In this document: piece by piece, positions 1-17,300 of the stretch
Layout: each line of letters opens with the position of its first letter
Numbering within the stretch: position 1 is the first letter of the stretch
Assembly (NCBI GenBank): GCA_040954595.2
Contig: CM082593.2
Coordinates: 2,267,830-2,331,829 of the forward strand
Direction: 5' to 3'
DNA from: Balanoglossus misakiensis
Lineage: Eukaryota > Animalia > Hemichordata
Length of the DNA: 64,000 nucleotides
Program-made: the position numbers and the translations under genes
Notes under the pieces: model-generated
What the model saw: the letters and a program-made list of their open reading frames with translations, nothing else
What the model was told of the DNA's origin: nothing
Database searches by the model: none

Positions 1-21
1 ATACAATCTACAGATAACTTA

Positions 22-4310
<4,289 letters not shown>

Positions 4311-5105
4311 GTTCACATCTGATACATTGCATGCAATCAGACACGGGTATACATGTACATTGCAACATTGAACCACAGAGCGCCACCAGGCGATCGGGTG
4401 ACGGAAAAAAGTTTGAGAAGTTCCTGAGTTCATATATATCTCGACTTATTTTGTATGTTCATGATTTCTACGGATATCATTTATTATCACATGAATAAAG
4501 TTGTGTACAGCATAGTAAAATTCGGGGAAATTTGCAGAATTTAAATTTTTGAGTTGGCTTCCACTTTAAATCAATTGTGAGGTTACCGTGGACACATGAG
4601 CATGTGCCCTCAATGTCACACACTGAGGGGAGTGTGTCAGTAATGTCAATATGTCAACTTAACTAGGAGTCACTGGGTTCATGTGGCTGAGTTTAATCCA
4701 AATATTATCTACGTGTTGTCACTATGGACGATGCTTGCGTGGAATTTTTACCCATGTGTAAAAATATTTGGATTTGCATGTACGTGCTACAGAGTACAAT
4801 GTACTGTGGGAGGTATAGTCTCCCGCATTTTAAGACCATGGATTTATAGCTAGCAAGCATATAAACATTTTTTGGTGAGAAGTCACGTACACGATTTTCC
4901 AGAAGTAATTATTAATAGGAACAAATCTTTTTAATTAAAAAAAAGAAGTTTACATAAATGGAACACATTAAAAAAAATAATAGCATAGTTCTCACTACTG
5001 AGTAATTAAATTCATGTCTTGCTATGGTTACTGAGTGAGGCCTTATATCTTTTTTATAATTAATCTAGTCCTCACCACATTTTGATTTAATTTTATTATT
5101 TATAG

Positions 5106-5952
5106 TGGCGTGGTTGGAATGGTGGCTTGGCAAAGAACAGGTGACCCGGGGGTGCTGCCCCTATAGAAGAGCTACAGGTATGTGCCACTGGATTAGGTCT
5201 CCTTTCCGTGTCAGAATTACCCTGAATGCATGGATAGTAATTTTCTGGTCTCTGGTTTACAAGCAGGTCACACTTGAAGCTCTGTTAAGGAGGAAAACAT
5301 GGACAGAAGATGATTTTAGGTTCAAAAAATGGGTAGGTACTAGTATTCATTGATATGCTCGTGACTTCTCTGCTCGTTTTCAATATCGCCCTCTTGAGAT
5401 AGAACGTGAAACCAACTGATGATTCAGCTGGTATATCAAGAAAACGACCGCAAAAGAAACGAAAAGTAATAAAAAAAAACCAAATGATATCAAAAGTTAG
5501 CAATTCTGTCCCTTTAATTGACTTTCACTTTTTTTTCTTGTTAAAGAGTAGAATTTGTGTGCTGTTCCTTTTTGTGCTTACTTTGTACACCATGGGACCA
5601 AGAATCCAAATATCCTGCCTCATGCATCATGGATATAGTACATCACAAACAGGAATAACTGGATGGTTTTGTTCTGCTTTATCATGGTAAGACTGCAGGG
5701 AACTTTCATAAGTACCGTAAAAACTCTTTTAATTCAACTAGGAGAAATATGTCTTTAGGTAAAGAAATAGAAACAAACTTTAAGCATATGATTATCATTT
5801 TGTTATTACTATTATAAATTAATTTAGTATTATAATTGAATAATCACAGGTGATTGGATTTAGAAAGATTGTTGATCACATGTGGGTTCAAAAAAATTAC
5901 ATCATTGAATGTTACTTTTCTTTCCAGTGGTCACCCATAAGAAAGAGTACTG
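5106..5952 (+). pseudogene. Cryptic spliced unit (pseudogene fragment, small gene or lncRNA) divergent from HIF1AN
   Basis: Candidate exons 5106-5177, 5267-5332, 5403-5495, 5928-5952 with AG/GT borders; the first three are phase 0 and read in one frame apart from a TGA at 5142. No start codon or homolog identified. Confidence 0.3.
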
Positions 5953-7199
5953 GTAAGCCATTTCTGCCATCCTGAATTATTTGATAAAGATCAGGAAACA
6001 AAACAAAACAAGACTGGTAGATGTGATTTACAGAAATAGGTAAGGAGTTTCAACTCTTCAAATGATCATGATTTCAACCATTCATTTTATGTGTTGGGAA
6101 TGCATTTTCTTGGTGTGAATTCTCTGTTTGAGCACTTTCCTTTCTGAATGGTCGTCATCCATCGTCAATCGTCAAGTCGTATTGAGCTATGAAATTGTAC
6201 AGTGACCTAAAAAGCATGATATTAGAAACATTCTCCCATCAACTGTCACTACAATGATATTAATCCTGTCATCAAATACTTCACATGTATTTTTATTCCC
6301 CTCAAGATTGGATGGCCGCGTAATGTAAAAATATATGAGGTGTTAGTAAACGGGTAATAAACTCACAGCTCACACCAGGCGTAATTTGAAATATTAACCT
6401 CAAGAGGGCGCGCATCATGACAAAACCGTGGCACGTTCATTATGTGTGGCTGTGATTTCCACAAATTTCTAACCGAAAAAGGAAAAACCAGAAATGCAAC
6501 AGCCAACATGAAGGAATGAATGAATACGTAATTTGATTAAACCGAATGATTTAAGTAATCTCAGATTTGTATCCCTTTGGGACTTGTAAACACTGACCTA
6601 TAAAATAGAAGTAAATACGACACGTCAGCATTCTATTTCAACTCGGTTGCTTTTGAGTTGTGAAGTTGCTTTTCCATGCCCCATGAAATTTGTGATAATG
6701 TGAACAGGCAAAGTGTAATGTCAATAAAAATCACTCAAGATGAAAACATTGCCATGAATAAATTACGTTTATGGCCTGCATCAGCGTGGAAGTTCGTGTA
6801 TGTCTGTTGGTGAATAATAATGTCCAAATTCTATGAGTCAAATGAATTATGAAATGCAACAAACTACAAATATACAAAGAAGATATGAAAAAAATAATAC
6901 CTGTTGTATCAAGGCAGATCTGGTTCCTACCTGATAAAATTCAATACTTGCTCTTTTATTTGACAGGATTTTTTCCGTACATCATACAAACCAAAATGTA
7001 TAATATACGACAATAAAAATGGTAATTTTTTACTATATTAAGGGTGTTTTCTGTGCATGAAACGCAAACGAGAACATATTCCTTTCGGTTGAGACACATA
7101 AATCAGAATTGTCAGCAAACATTCTCCTGTGATATAACCTGAAGCCCAGAATGGTTTCTCCCGATTCCTCAAGATAACGCACAGTACGGCAAAACAGCG

Positions 7200-7506
7200 T
7201 AGAAATGCCCTTTATGTAAATGTCCTATTTGCATACTATCTCCCAGTAGCTTATCAGGGAGTCCACAGGGCTGTTATTATGCAAATGGGGGATGCTTAGC
7301 TGCCAAGTTACGTGACTGTGGCTTCAGCGCGTGTTTGGGGATCACTTCACCTTATATTCCACTGGTCTTTGCTGCACAGGTTCAACTGACTGGAGTGCAG
7401 CAGACCTTGCCGGCAACAATTCCTGTCAACGTAATACGACAGCTCGGGAGATCAACCACTGCCCGTTCTTCTTGTTCCATCATCCGCTTTGATTATTTTT
7501 TAATTG
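7200..7506 (+). promoter_or_regulatory. Candidate distal promoter and non-coding first exon of PKG
   Basis: Locally CpG-richer; octamer motifs ATTTGCAT (7227) and ATGCAAAT (7279); strong donor TTG|GTAAGT at 7506/7507; no other plus-strand coding gene found before the PKG acceptor at 36213. Confidence 0.4.
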
Positions 7507-8355
7507 GTAAGTTCATTTATTTAATATAGTGTTCCCTGTTTTGTATGTCTGCAGTGCATTGACACAATTGTTTTGCACTGAATTTACAATATTATTTGTG
7601 ATCTACATGTGCGGTTGCTTCAATTTCCAGTCTCAGATGTATAATACGCTCAGAACCTTGAGTTGCGCTCTCGTAACTACATGATACCGGAATAACAATA
7701 AATTAGCTCTGTAAATCTCAATGATATGATGTGCAATTACATTGGATTTCAACATCTGCTATCAGAAAGTAAATAACCTTAAAAACCTTAACCTGACAGC
7801 GCTGTCTTAAGCAATAACGGGCATTGGTTAATTGAAACCGATAAATCATTTCATAACTATATACGGCCGCAAAATTCAGCCAGTACTAACTGCCTCCATT
7901 TCCTGTCTTTAAAAGCATTACAGATTTTTTCAGCAGTGTGGCACATTGTTAGCGCGTGTGACTTCTGCTTTAATTGGCCAAGCTACGCTGGTAGCGGTTT
8001 TCCTTTTATGCCTGAAGTACGTTAATACCGTGATTGAAAACTGCATACAAGGATACAGTGTGTAACTCACATATAACAAAGAAGTCCAGCTGATATCAGA
8101 GTAAAGAATACCCTCCCTCTGCTTTTATACGTCTTTAGATGAATTCTTCTCCTGAAAATTCACCCCCTCACTACAAATATGACTCTGAATCATCCCTAAA
8201 AATAAATCTTTTATAACTTTACCATGGAGAAGAGTGAATTGATGAAATCTTTCTAATGGGTGCTCATATTGTTGAGTGAGTTTATTTTCTCTGAACCAGA
8301 AAATCCCAGGCCTATTTTCTTTATTCAGGCACCGCAGTGTGAGTACCATGAATGG

Positions 8356-8377
8356 ATCAATCAATCAATCAATCAAT
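8356..8377. repeat. (ATCA)n microsatellite
   Basis: About 5 perfect tetranucleotide units. Confidence 0.85.
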
Positions 8378-11300
8378 CTATCAGTATTCTGCCTTTGGAA
8401 TTGCTGGGTAAATTTCTGTTTGACATTTTTAATATATACCACGAGATTTACAATATTAATTATTAATAAAGCTAAGAATATGTCATCAAAGTTTACCATA
8501 ATTGTAATTTTCATCATGATGTGACAGGTCTGGCAACATTATGCCTAAAAGTAATCTTTGATAATACAGTTATTCAAAGCCAAGTGAGTTATTGGTTCAC
8601 TGTTGTTTCTAATTTGGACAGGATAATGGGTACAATTAGAAGGAACAACCATTGTGTAAATTTCAAAGCATATTACTCCTGACCATTAACTGGTCACTGC
8701 AATGTCAATATGACATTCTTTTCAAAGAAATAAATCTTACTGTTTGTATTTGTGTCCTGCTCATTTTAATCTTGGTCCACGAGCTCATTAGAGACGGAAA
8801 TGTCAGTTTGCGTGGTGAAAATACTTATTCTACCAAAGTGATAACATTTTGCATGGTTCTACTAATTTGTGTAGGTGTCAACATTTTGCCAACATCATAA
8901 CTTTAAGTTTAATATCCTTATTACTTTTAAATGTACTGGTATGCATGGTAACTTAACTTCTGTATTTTACGCTAATCCAATTTCAAGCTGAAGGAAAAAA
9001 CAAGACTTTCCACTTTCCTTCACAAGCATCTAATGCATCACCCTGGATTCATGTTAGCTGCCTAATTTCATTTGTGTTTGACCACTCGTGTTTGAAAACG
9101 CTTGTGTGGAAAGGATCAGTGATTTTCAGTTTCACATCATGTTTGCCTGGTTGCTCACATATCTATCGGTACATGACTGAACAGACAGTCGTGTATATAC
9201 ATGTACCGGTAAAAATCTTGCTTGTACTGAGCATTCACGTTTTGTAGAGATTTATCTAATTCCAAGCTGGGTAATATCTGTCTGCCTCATCTATACCCTT
9301 TTCCTGTATATGCAAAATCAGATAGATATTAATCATAGATCTCATCCCTGTTCTTCAGGGACAGGTTATCAGAGATGTGAAAATCCATCAAACTCAACAT
9401 TTCTTGCCAGATTAAAAAAAAATCCTGTGCGAAGTGATGGACGTTGTAGTCTTGAATAATATTCAATTCTGTGCTATATTTCAGCTTGTATGTTGCTACA
9501 GTCCTTCAAATGTTTTAATAATATATTAAAATATTTTAATAATGTATTTGAATGTATTAATAATGTATTTTATATAATTAATGTTACTGGTGATATGGAA
9601 GCTAAGGAGAGCAAGAACCAATTTATATTTCACTACTTAATGCAAAAGAAGTGAAATGGAGACATAAATCACTTCTAGAGAAACTTACTAATGCCTAGCA
9701 ACATATTCTGTTTTCAACACGTATCCATAGGAACATGCTAAAAATTTGTTTTATGCTTGACAACTTTGATAAATTGACAGACTGGCTGTTGTGAAAATGA
9801 AATCTTAGCAGAAAACCTGGATATGGATAATAATAATGGATTGTCAAGTCTCAGCAAAATGGTGGCATTTCATGCTGCATGATGATTTTGGACAACTCAT
9901 CGATTTTGGCTCAATTTTAATTTTCATCGATTTAAAAAAAAATCTATGATCTATGTATAGAGCACTATTTTGCTGTGTAAGCTCCTTTTTCCAAACGGGA
10001 GATCAACTTTCAGAATTTCTCAAAGGTAAATTCTTTTGAATGACATATAGCGAGAAAGAGGTTTTGAGGATCAACAGGCTGAATCTTTGGCATTTTTGAT
10101 TGAACAAGACTCAGAAGCATGATTCTCAGAACAAATAATACAAGTATACTGAAATAAATCTGGCATTGTCCGAGAGAGGATTAAAATATATGAATAATAA
10201 TGAATGAAAAATGCAACAGATAATTTATCATTTATATTGGTGTCAAGCTTTTTGATATTTTTAATTGCATTGCTAAGTAGCCAAGCGCAGAAGTGATATG
10301 ACTATAACACATGTGTCATCTTACGGGCATTGTCTCTTACTGACATTAATTGAGCAATGTCAGTCAAAATGCTTTTCATGAAATCTCCCAGCAACAAGAC
10401 TGCGAAGTTACATGTTCTCTAAATGACCGTAAATCTGTATTAAATCATTCATAGAAGCATGTTACTATAGCAACACTGATTTTTATCTGCTCTGAAGGAT
10501 TTTTGTAGAAAACAAATGTCTGCAGTGTATTTGTGATGTTCGAGATATCTTTGACCTTTCCCCTGAGTACATGCAAACATCATACTTTAACTTGAACCTG
10601 TGTGATGTGCTTTGTACTTGAACTGTGACCCCCCCCCTCCCCATGGGCTAAATCATGCATTGTCACGCTATTCATGAATGTTTAAAACATCATAGTAACC
10701 ACAGTATATATAGCAGAAAATTGCAGACAATTCTCATATTATACAAAAAAATTATAAAACAAATTCCATGCCACAGTACATTGTGTATCTATCTTTGATA
10801 AACCCAGCAACACTAATCTAAATAAAACTGTAAACATTAGGTATCAGACTTGATAGTGATAGAGGGTTTTTTGTTTTGTTTAGAACTATCAAAAATTTCT
10901 TATAATGTGGCCCCAAACAAATATCCATTATTGGTAGCCAGAACTCTAACTGTTCTTTCAGGTCAGTATAGCCAACAGATACACTAGCATGCATGGTGTA
11001 TACCACTAGTATATAGCTCAGAACTGGCTGTTAGCAGTTCCCTCGAGAAGCCATATACTATCTGTTTCTGCTACCTAGTGAAGCAGAAAGATAAATTAAG
11101 GTACACTTCGATTCCTGGAGAGACCCAGGGTAATATCATGGATAAAATATTTAAGATGTTCCTACATGCTCACAGATTATCTCTGGTTGTACGACATGGA
11201 ACAAAGTAGTTGGGTGTTTCTTGTCATACAAAAAATCGATTTCATCATTACTAACAATTTCACCATAGAGGGCATAACTTTGCAAGAAATTCAGGTTCAT

Positions 11301-14300
11301 TACAAATATGAAATTCCTTTTCTGCAGCAAACATTTAGAATCCAAGAAACATTCTTCACTGCTTGTGACTTTAGGGATTTGGCATTACCCAGGGTCAGAG
11401 GGAATTTTCTAACAAATGACCGCAAGCCCTAACCGGCTCATTCACACTTAACACAGTGGCAAAGTAATCAAATAAGCATCACTTTGCCTTAGTTTGAATT
11501 AAACGACACCGGGATAAAATTCCTCTGATGAATCATTGATTCAGCGGCAGATGAAATAAGCTTAGTTCAAAAAGTGGACCTGACAATGGAGACTTTGAAG
11601 GTTTAATCCAATTTACATGTTGAAAGATCGGGGCACTTAGTTAAGGGTAGATTTTCTCAAATTGAATCAGTGCAGTTGCTTAATCAGATCAGGATGCAAA
11701 GAGAATTAATTTAGTAGATGCTTTTGCGGATGTTTAATGGAGATTAAACATTGATGCCAGTGTGGTTTGACCGTGTTCCATGGATCTGTTGTGCCGTGAC
11801 TTTTGCATTCTGAGACATGGCTTTGGTGTCACTCTCCAAATGTTGAAGTTCATCGGAATGCAGTGATGATAAATACGCAAGGCACTGATATGCAGTAATG
11901 ATCAGTGATAATTTTTTCCAGTGGTCTTAGAACAGAGAATTACAGCTTAAGATGAAGCAAATTAGGGTTTAGAGATAATCAAAATCTTAATGCACTTTCG
12001 TGTCCTGATGGTTCATGCCTGCTACTTTAATGTAACCTGGAGATTATAGAGCTCTGGTAGATAATGTGGAATCGATGAGAGTAATCGATTCATGCCTATA
12101 GTGTCTGTGACCTCGCATGGTTGAAGTTTTAATAGTGAGTCTCTCAATCTCAGAGTGTGTACTGATTGCGATGTATTGAGCCAGAAAAACTGATTATGTG
12201 TGCCTTGTTTTGAGTGAATATACATGTACCTTTGGAACTTTATAATACATACTAGCCATAAAAATCACCATGCCGGTTTATTCACAAATGATTGTCATTA
12301 ATTGTGTGGTGATTGTCTTTTCTCAATTAGCCCCAGATATAGCCTAGGCGTATACACACCGATCATGCCCTCACAGTGTTGTTATTAACACTTGATGCAA
12401 CAGAATGTAGACTGACAGCTCCGTTTCTCTCATTTCCTGACTATTTGCACTTTTGCCATCAGTTGCACTACAATTCATGATCGACTGCCTGTTTGCACGG
12501 ACCCTTTCACCTCGATTTACCTTTACATTGGTCCATTACCATGCTGTTGATGACTAATGAGTTTCAGACCAAACTGTTATTCCCCCTAAACCTCAATAGT
12601 ATTCAAACCACACACAAATTAAACCAATTTGTAATTGACTGTTTTGCATTTTGATTGGTTCGATCGTGTCCAATCTTCAAAGGCCTGAGGTATTACTTTC
12701 AATAGGCTTACATCCAAAATTGCTGAAAACCTGGCCAAACTGCAAAATACACACTTAAACTCGTTGAATGACAGAACAGGTCGCAATGACACTGAAGTGC
12801 CTCAGTGTTTTTTTGGTTGTGATGGAAACGGGTCGTGCACAATTTACACTTATGGCCAGCAGCATAACTGTACATACTTTGAATTTCAACAGTTGCTTTC
12901 AGATTCTGACTCTGGGATAATCTGTAATCTACCTCAGGCCTTTTCTATTTTCAGATCGTTCATTTCGTATCTCTTTGGTAATATCAAATGGAACATATAA
13001 AACATACCAGGGAAAAAATTTAAGAAAAGAATAACTTTCTGCCACAGTGGCCTAACCAGTACATGTATACATTAGTGACATTTACAATTAATATAGACAA
13101 GAACATCTGTTTCATCAATCAAACTTTATTAATGATCTTCGTAATTTTCCACTTTCCTTTTTTTGAGTTCCAGCAAGGGACGAATAATTGGTTGTTGTTT
13201 TTTTCTGGTCTCATTACATTGTAACTGGAAAAAAACATCTGGAGTTTGCTGATATTCATAGCACCTGTCAGTTCCTGCGGAAGACAGAGAAAACAATTCA
13301 ATTAATGCTGATCAAAATGCTAGCTATTATTATTAATCACACAGCTGCAATTGGTTTGAGTTGGTTCAGAATTTGCTGCCGTAGATAGCCAGCCAATTAT
13401 CAATAACCAGTTGGCATTTTTATGCTGTTTTCATGTTTCAAAAAGATTCTTGACTGATCCTACCTGTGCTGGTTTGTCCAAGTACTGTTAGTACACGTAC
13501 ACTGTAGTTCCATTGGTGCAAACTTTGCAAGCCTCCAAACACTTTGCACTATCAACACCAAACAAACATGCCACATGTTTGCAGCCAGAGTTTGTACAGT
13601 CATTGTGCTGGTATGTTGGAATAGAGACTGACTAACTGACCAAAGCCAATATTAGTCTAGCGATTTCTATGTCTGGCTACTGTGAGGTATGTGGGGTTAG
13701 AGTGTGCTAATTGCCACCCACAGTCTACCGTAGAGAAACACCAATTGTCTAGGTGTTATATTTCTGTACTATGTTTTAATCATAATCCATTATCATCAAC
13801 ATACAAGAAATGACAATTATTTGATTACATAAAAATGCATGTTTCTGCTTTTAATACTAGCTAGCTGTCAATATAATGAGATATTTCTGTAGCGCATATT
13901 TCTATAATCTTAATTGAAATTAATATGACAAAAGTGCATTGCACAGGCTCATACTGTATCATAATACAACATAAAAGAAAGGTATCTGCTATATCAGTTC
14001 ATATTTTAAGAAAGTATATGACTAATCTCAAACCAATATTATGATTCTCTCTCTGAATTTTTTTTAAATAACACATTCCAATGACTTGCATGTAAAGTAA
14101 TAAGATGCTGTTGTATTGGTATGCAGGGCATAACACTAGTGTCGGTAATTCCATTTTTGAAATTCCGACATTTCAAAGGGAATGTGAAAGTGTCGCCTGA
14201 GGTGGATGTATATCACAGAATTTTCATTATTACTTGTGGGCGCGATAGAGCTAATTTCCATGTTTTCCTGATATTCTTGTCAGGAAAACAGGGAAACATA

Positions 14301-17300
14301 CCCAGAAGGCATTGTGGATTTCATCACAGGATTGTCCTGTGCCGACAACATTTCTGATCATAACCAAAGTTCAGGCTTTTGCATTATCGAGACAGTCTTT
14401 TCCCTGCTTTTCATCAGGCTTAGATATATACCTTTAAAAGCAACTGTCCTTATACATGTATGTTGTTCTGTAAATGCAGTAAAACTCCTGGCATACAACT
14501 GCAAAAAGCCGAAAAGTTTCTTTTAAAACTTTCTTGACTTAAAGAAGCCCCAAAGTATATATTGCTGGCTCAGATGCAACACTTCTTGTTGCCCACCTTC
14601 TGATTGTTTTTTCCTGGGGACATGCAGAACATTTCGACATGCTACCATCTCTGATTATCCCTGTTGTGTGCAGTGTGGGCATATTTTGCAAGGTCACATA
14701 CCGATAAGCGAACGTAAACAGTATTAAAGTTTAACATATTTTACAAAAACATGAGCATGGCACTGCATGACTTAAACAGACATCAGTTACTTCTTACATG
14801 TATTGTGTAAACCAACTATTGTCCCTTTCCAGTCGGCCGTGGGCATGCATGTCTATTCAAGCGAAATTCTGTTGATTTGGTAATCCAGACATTTTACATC
14901 CTTTTTATCAAAAGGAATTCGGTGGCAGTATTGTTTCTTAAGACCTGTAAACTCAAATGAAAACTTTCACAACTTGAATTGTAAAGAATTAAAAAAGTAT
15001 CACAACAACTTTGACGCCCCACCCCCAAAATACTTGAAGCTTTGATTCATATTATACCTTGAATAAAGAAGTCTGCACCTTCAGACGACAGTGAATAACA
15101 GAAATTGACATTCACTGTTTCCATGGTTACAGCCACAGTTCTCACTCAGATGTGAAATGTAAATATATTGTAATTCTGCAGTTTGAGCGTTCCTTGAAAG
15201 CAGGTTTTTGTAAACAAAGTTAGAGTCAACTATGTCATCTTTACAGGGAGAGAAAAAGAGGCGTTACGATATATCATTACATTGAATTACTTGCGGTGCA
15301 TAGTTCCAACCTGGCAACAGGACAACTGTTATCCGTTATGAAGTATGATGTATCCCCCATTGACATAAAGGTTCAACATTCACTGCGAGTCCAGTCTGTT
15401 TTGATATACCACATGTAAATTGGATGAAACCCCTGAGAGATAAGAAGCTCTGTTGCTGAATCCTGCAATTGTTCAGTTTGGGCAGTAAACACTAATTACA
15501 TCTGCGGATCACAAGTGTGTGTGCAACCGCTATTGTCTGCTGCCGTCCTATTCACTGAGATGTTTTCTTGTGGATTCCCCAACACAAACCATTATCTGTC
15601 AGTCTGCCACAAAGAAAGCAAAGCCTCAGTGCGTTCAGTTCAGATTCTGTCGCGAGCATCGATCGTCCAGCCTGTAGCTATAATACGTTTCAAGCGAATG
15701 TAGTTTAATTGTTCATAATTTTCAACATACCGACCATCATCTAGCCGCGACATTTTGGTAGGTCCACGTTTTCTTGTTTTTCATAGTACAACAGTTGTGA
15801 AAGTTTGATCTTCGGGAAGCTGATCAACACACATTTCACAAGGTTGTCTGCAGTAACATGAATAGTTTGTGATTGTCTGTAGTCATGTTGTATTATAATC
15901 ATGCATCACTCAAAGTTGCAATTGCGAAAGGTAAAATGTAGGTATAATCCAATGAACTCGCATGTGAACGAAATTCTAAAATTCAAGTATGGAAAAGCAA
16001 AAAACATGTCTGTTTATGTCCTTTTTTTCGGAATTATGCTCGCAGCGCACAAGTTAGTTTTTTTTAAACTAATTAATTTAATTTGACCGAAACAGAATCA
16101 TGTTTTGTCAGTAATTTGGCCCACTCTGTATCAGCCCAAAGTCACATCACTCGCAGTGTTTATCTTGTTTCTATGGAGATGGCATGAAATGGACAAAGAT
16201 AAGTCAGTGTTTGTGACTGTTAGTGACATTTTTCTGTTGGCGTGTGCCCTCAAAAATTAAGCAAAGCAATTTGTGCTCTGCCGTGTATGAAAATATTGAC
16301 AGTAAAGTCTGGTTCATATTTTTTTCCTTGTTTGGCAATTTTCCTTACATACACTATGTATTAAAGGCTCATACTCACATTTTTCAATGACTACTGTAAT
16401 TGTAAATCACTCCTATCAGCATCTTACTAGTATTTGATTTAATGCAAAATTTATAATAATATCCCAGAGCAGTTTAGTTTTAATACTTCAGATAAGGAAC
16501 GCAAATTACAGTCTGCTGAGTTCTTGGATTTTGGTGTGGGTTTCTTCTTCAGTGGAATTAATCTCTAATGCCCTGTGTGCACTAAGACTTTGCTAAGACA
16601 TAGAAGAGGGGGGTGATGAGATATAGCAATGGACTGCCCCAAGCACAGCGACTAGATGCTGTAGCATGCATTGTCCAACTTGTTCTGCTTGGCTGTTTAC
16701 ACATTTATTATGCAAGCATCATAAAGCTGTCTTCAAGGTTGGTCTTGATGCACCAACAGCATCTTTGCTCTTTAAAAATACAATCTGTCTTCAGACAGTA
16801 TTACATTAATATTACATAGCCCGACCTATCCTATTTTAAATCCATCAACCTAAGTATAATATTAAACTTTTTACGGGGATGTGGAAGCAAAACTGAAGAC
16901 AGTTTTGATTTTTAGTTTTTATCAGTTCAGCAAATTTAAAACAGTAAGCAAAATGAGACAAAAATTGGATTCTCTTGAGTATGCGATTTGAGCAGTGTTG
17001 CATTGGTCACCATGGCGATCTACATGTAGGTTAGGTTGAACAGATGGTAATGGATCTTGCGTGTTGCTATGCAGTTGCTGTTTTTCTTATATTACACATA
17101 ATTGCTTGGTTTCATCTGCCGTGTCATCAACATCGTTTTCTGATCCAGGCACCTTGCTATAAAGTATGAAGCACATGGAGTCTAACTGTAATGGATTGTT
17201 ATGTAACATGCTTAGAATAATGTACCACCCAGTCGTTTGTTTAGAGTTCTTGTTTGTGTTTGTTCAGTGTTAAAAGCTTGGGCAGTAGTCAGTATTTCAT

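Noticed and set aside
4311-4433. Upstream in-frame extension of HIF1AN in the ORF track (MNSG...)
   Set aside because: ATG 4310 has a strong context (AACATGG, MAA start) and gives a normal FIH N-terminus; the extension is promoter/UTR-like.
7210-7290. Octamer plus STAF-like motifs as a snRNA gene enhancer
   Set aside because: No recognisable snRNA, 7SK or tRNA body nearby; a splice donor at 7506 favours an mRNA first exon.
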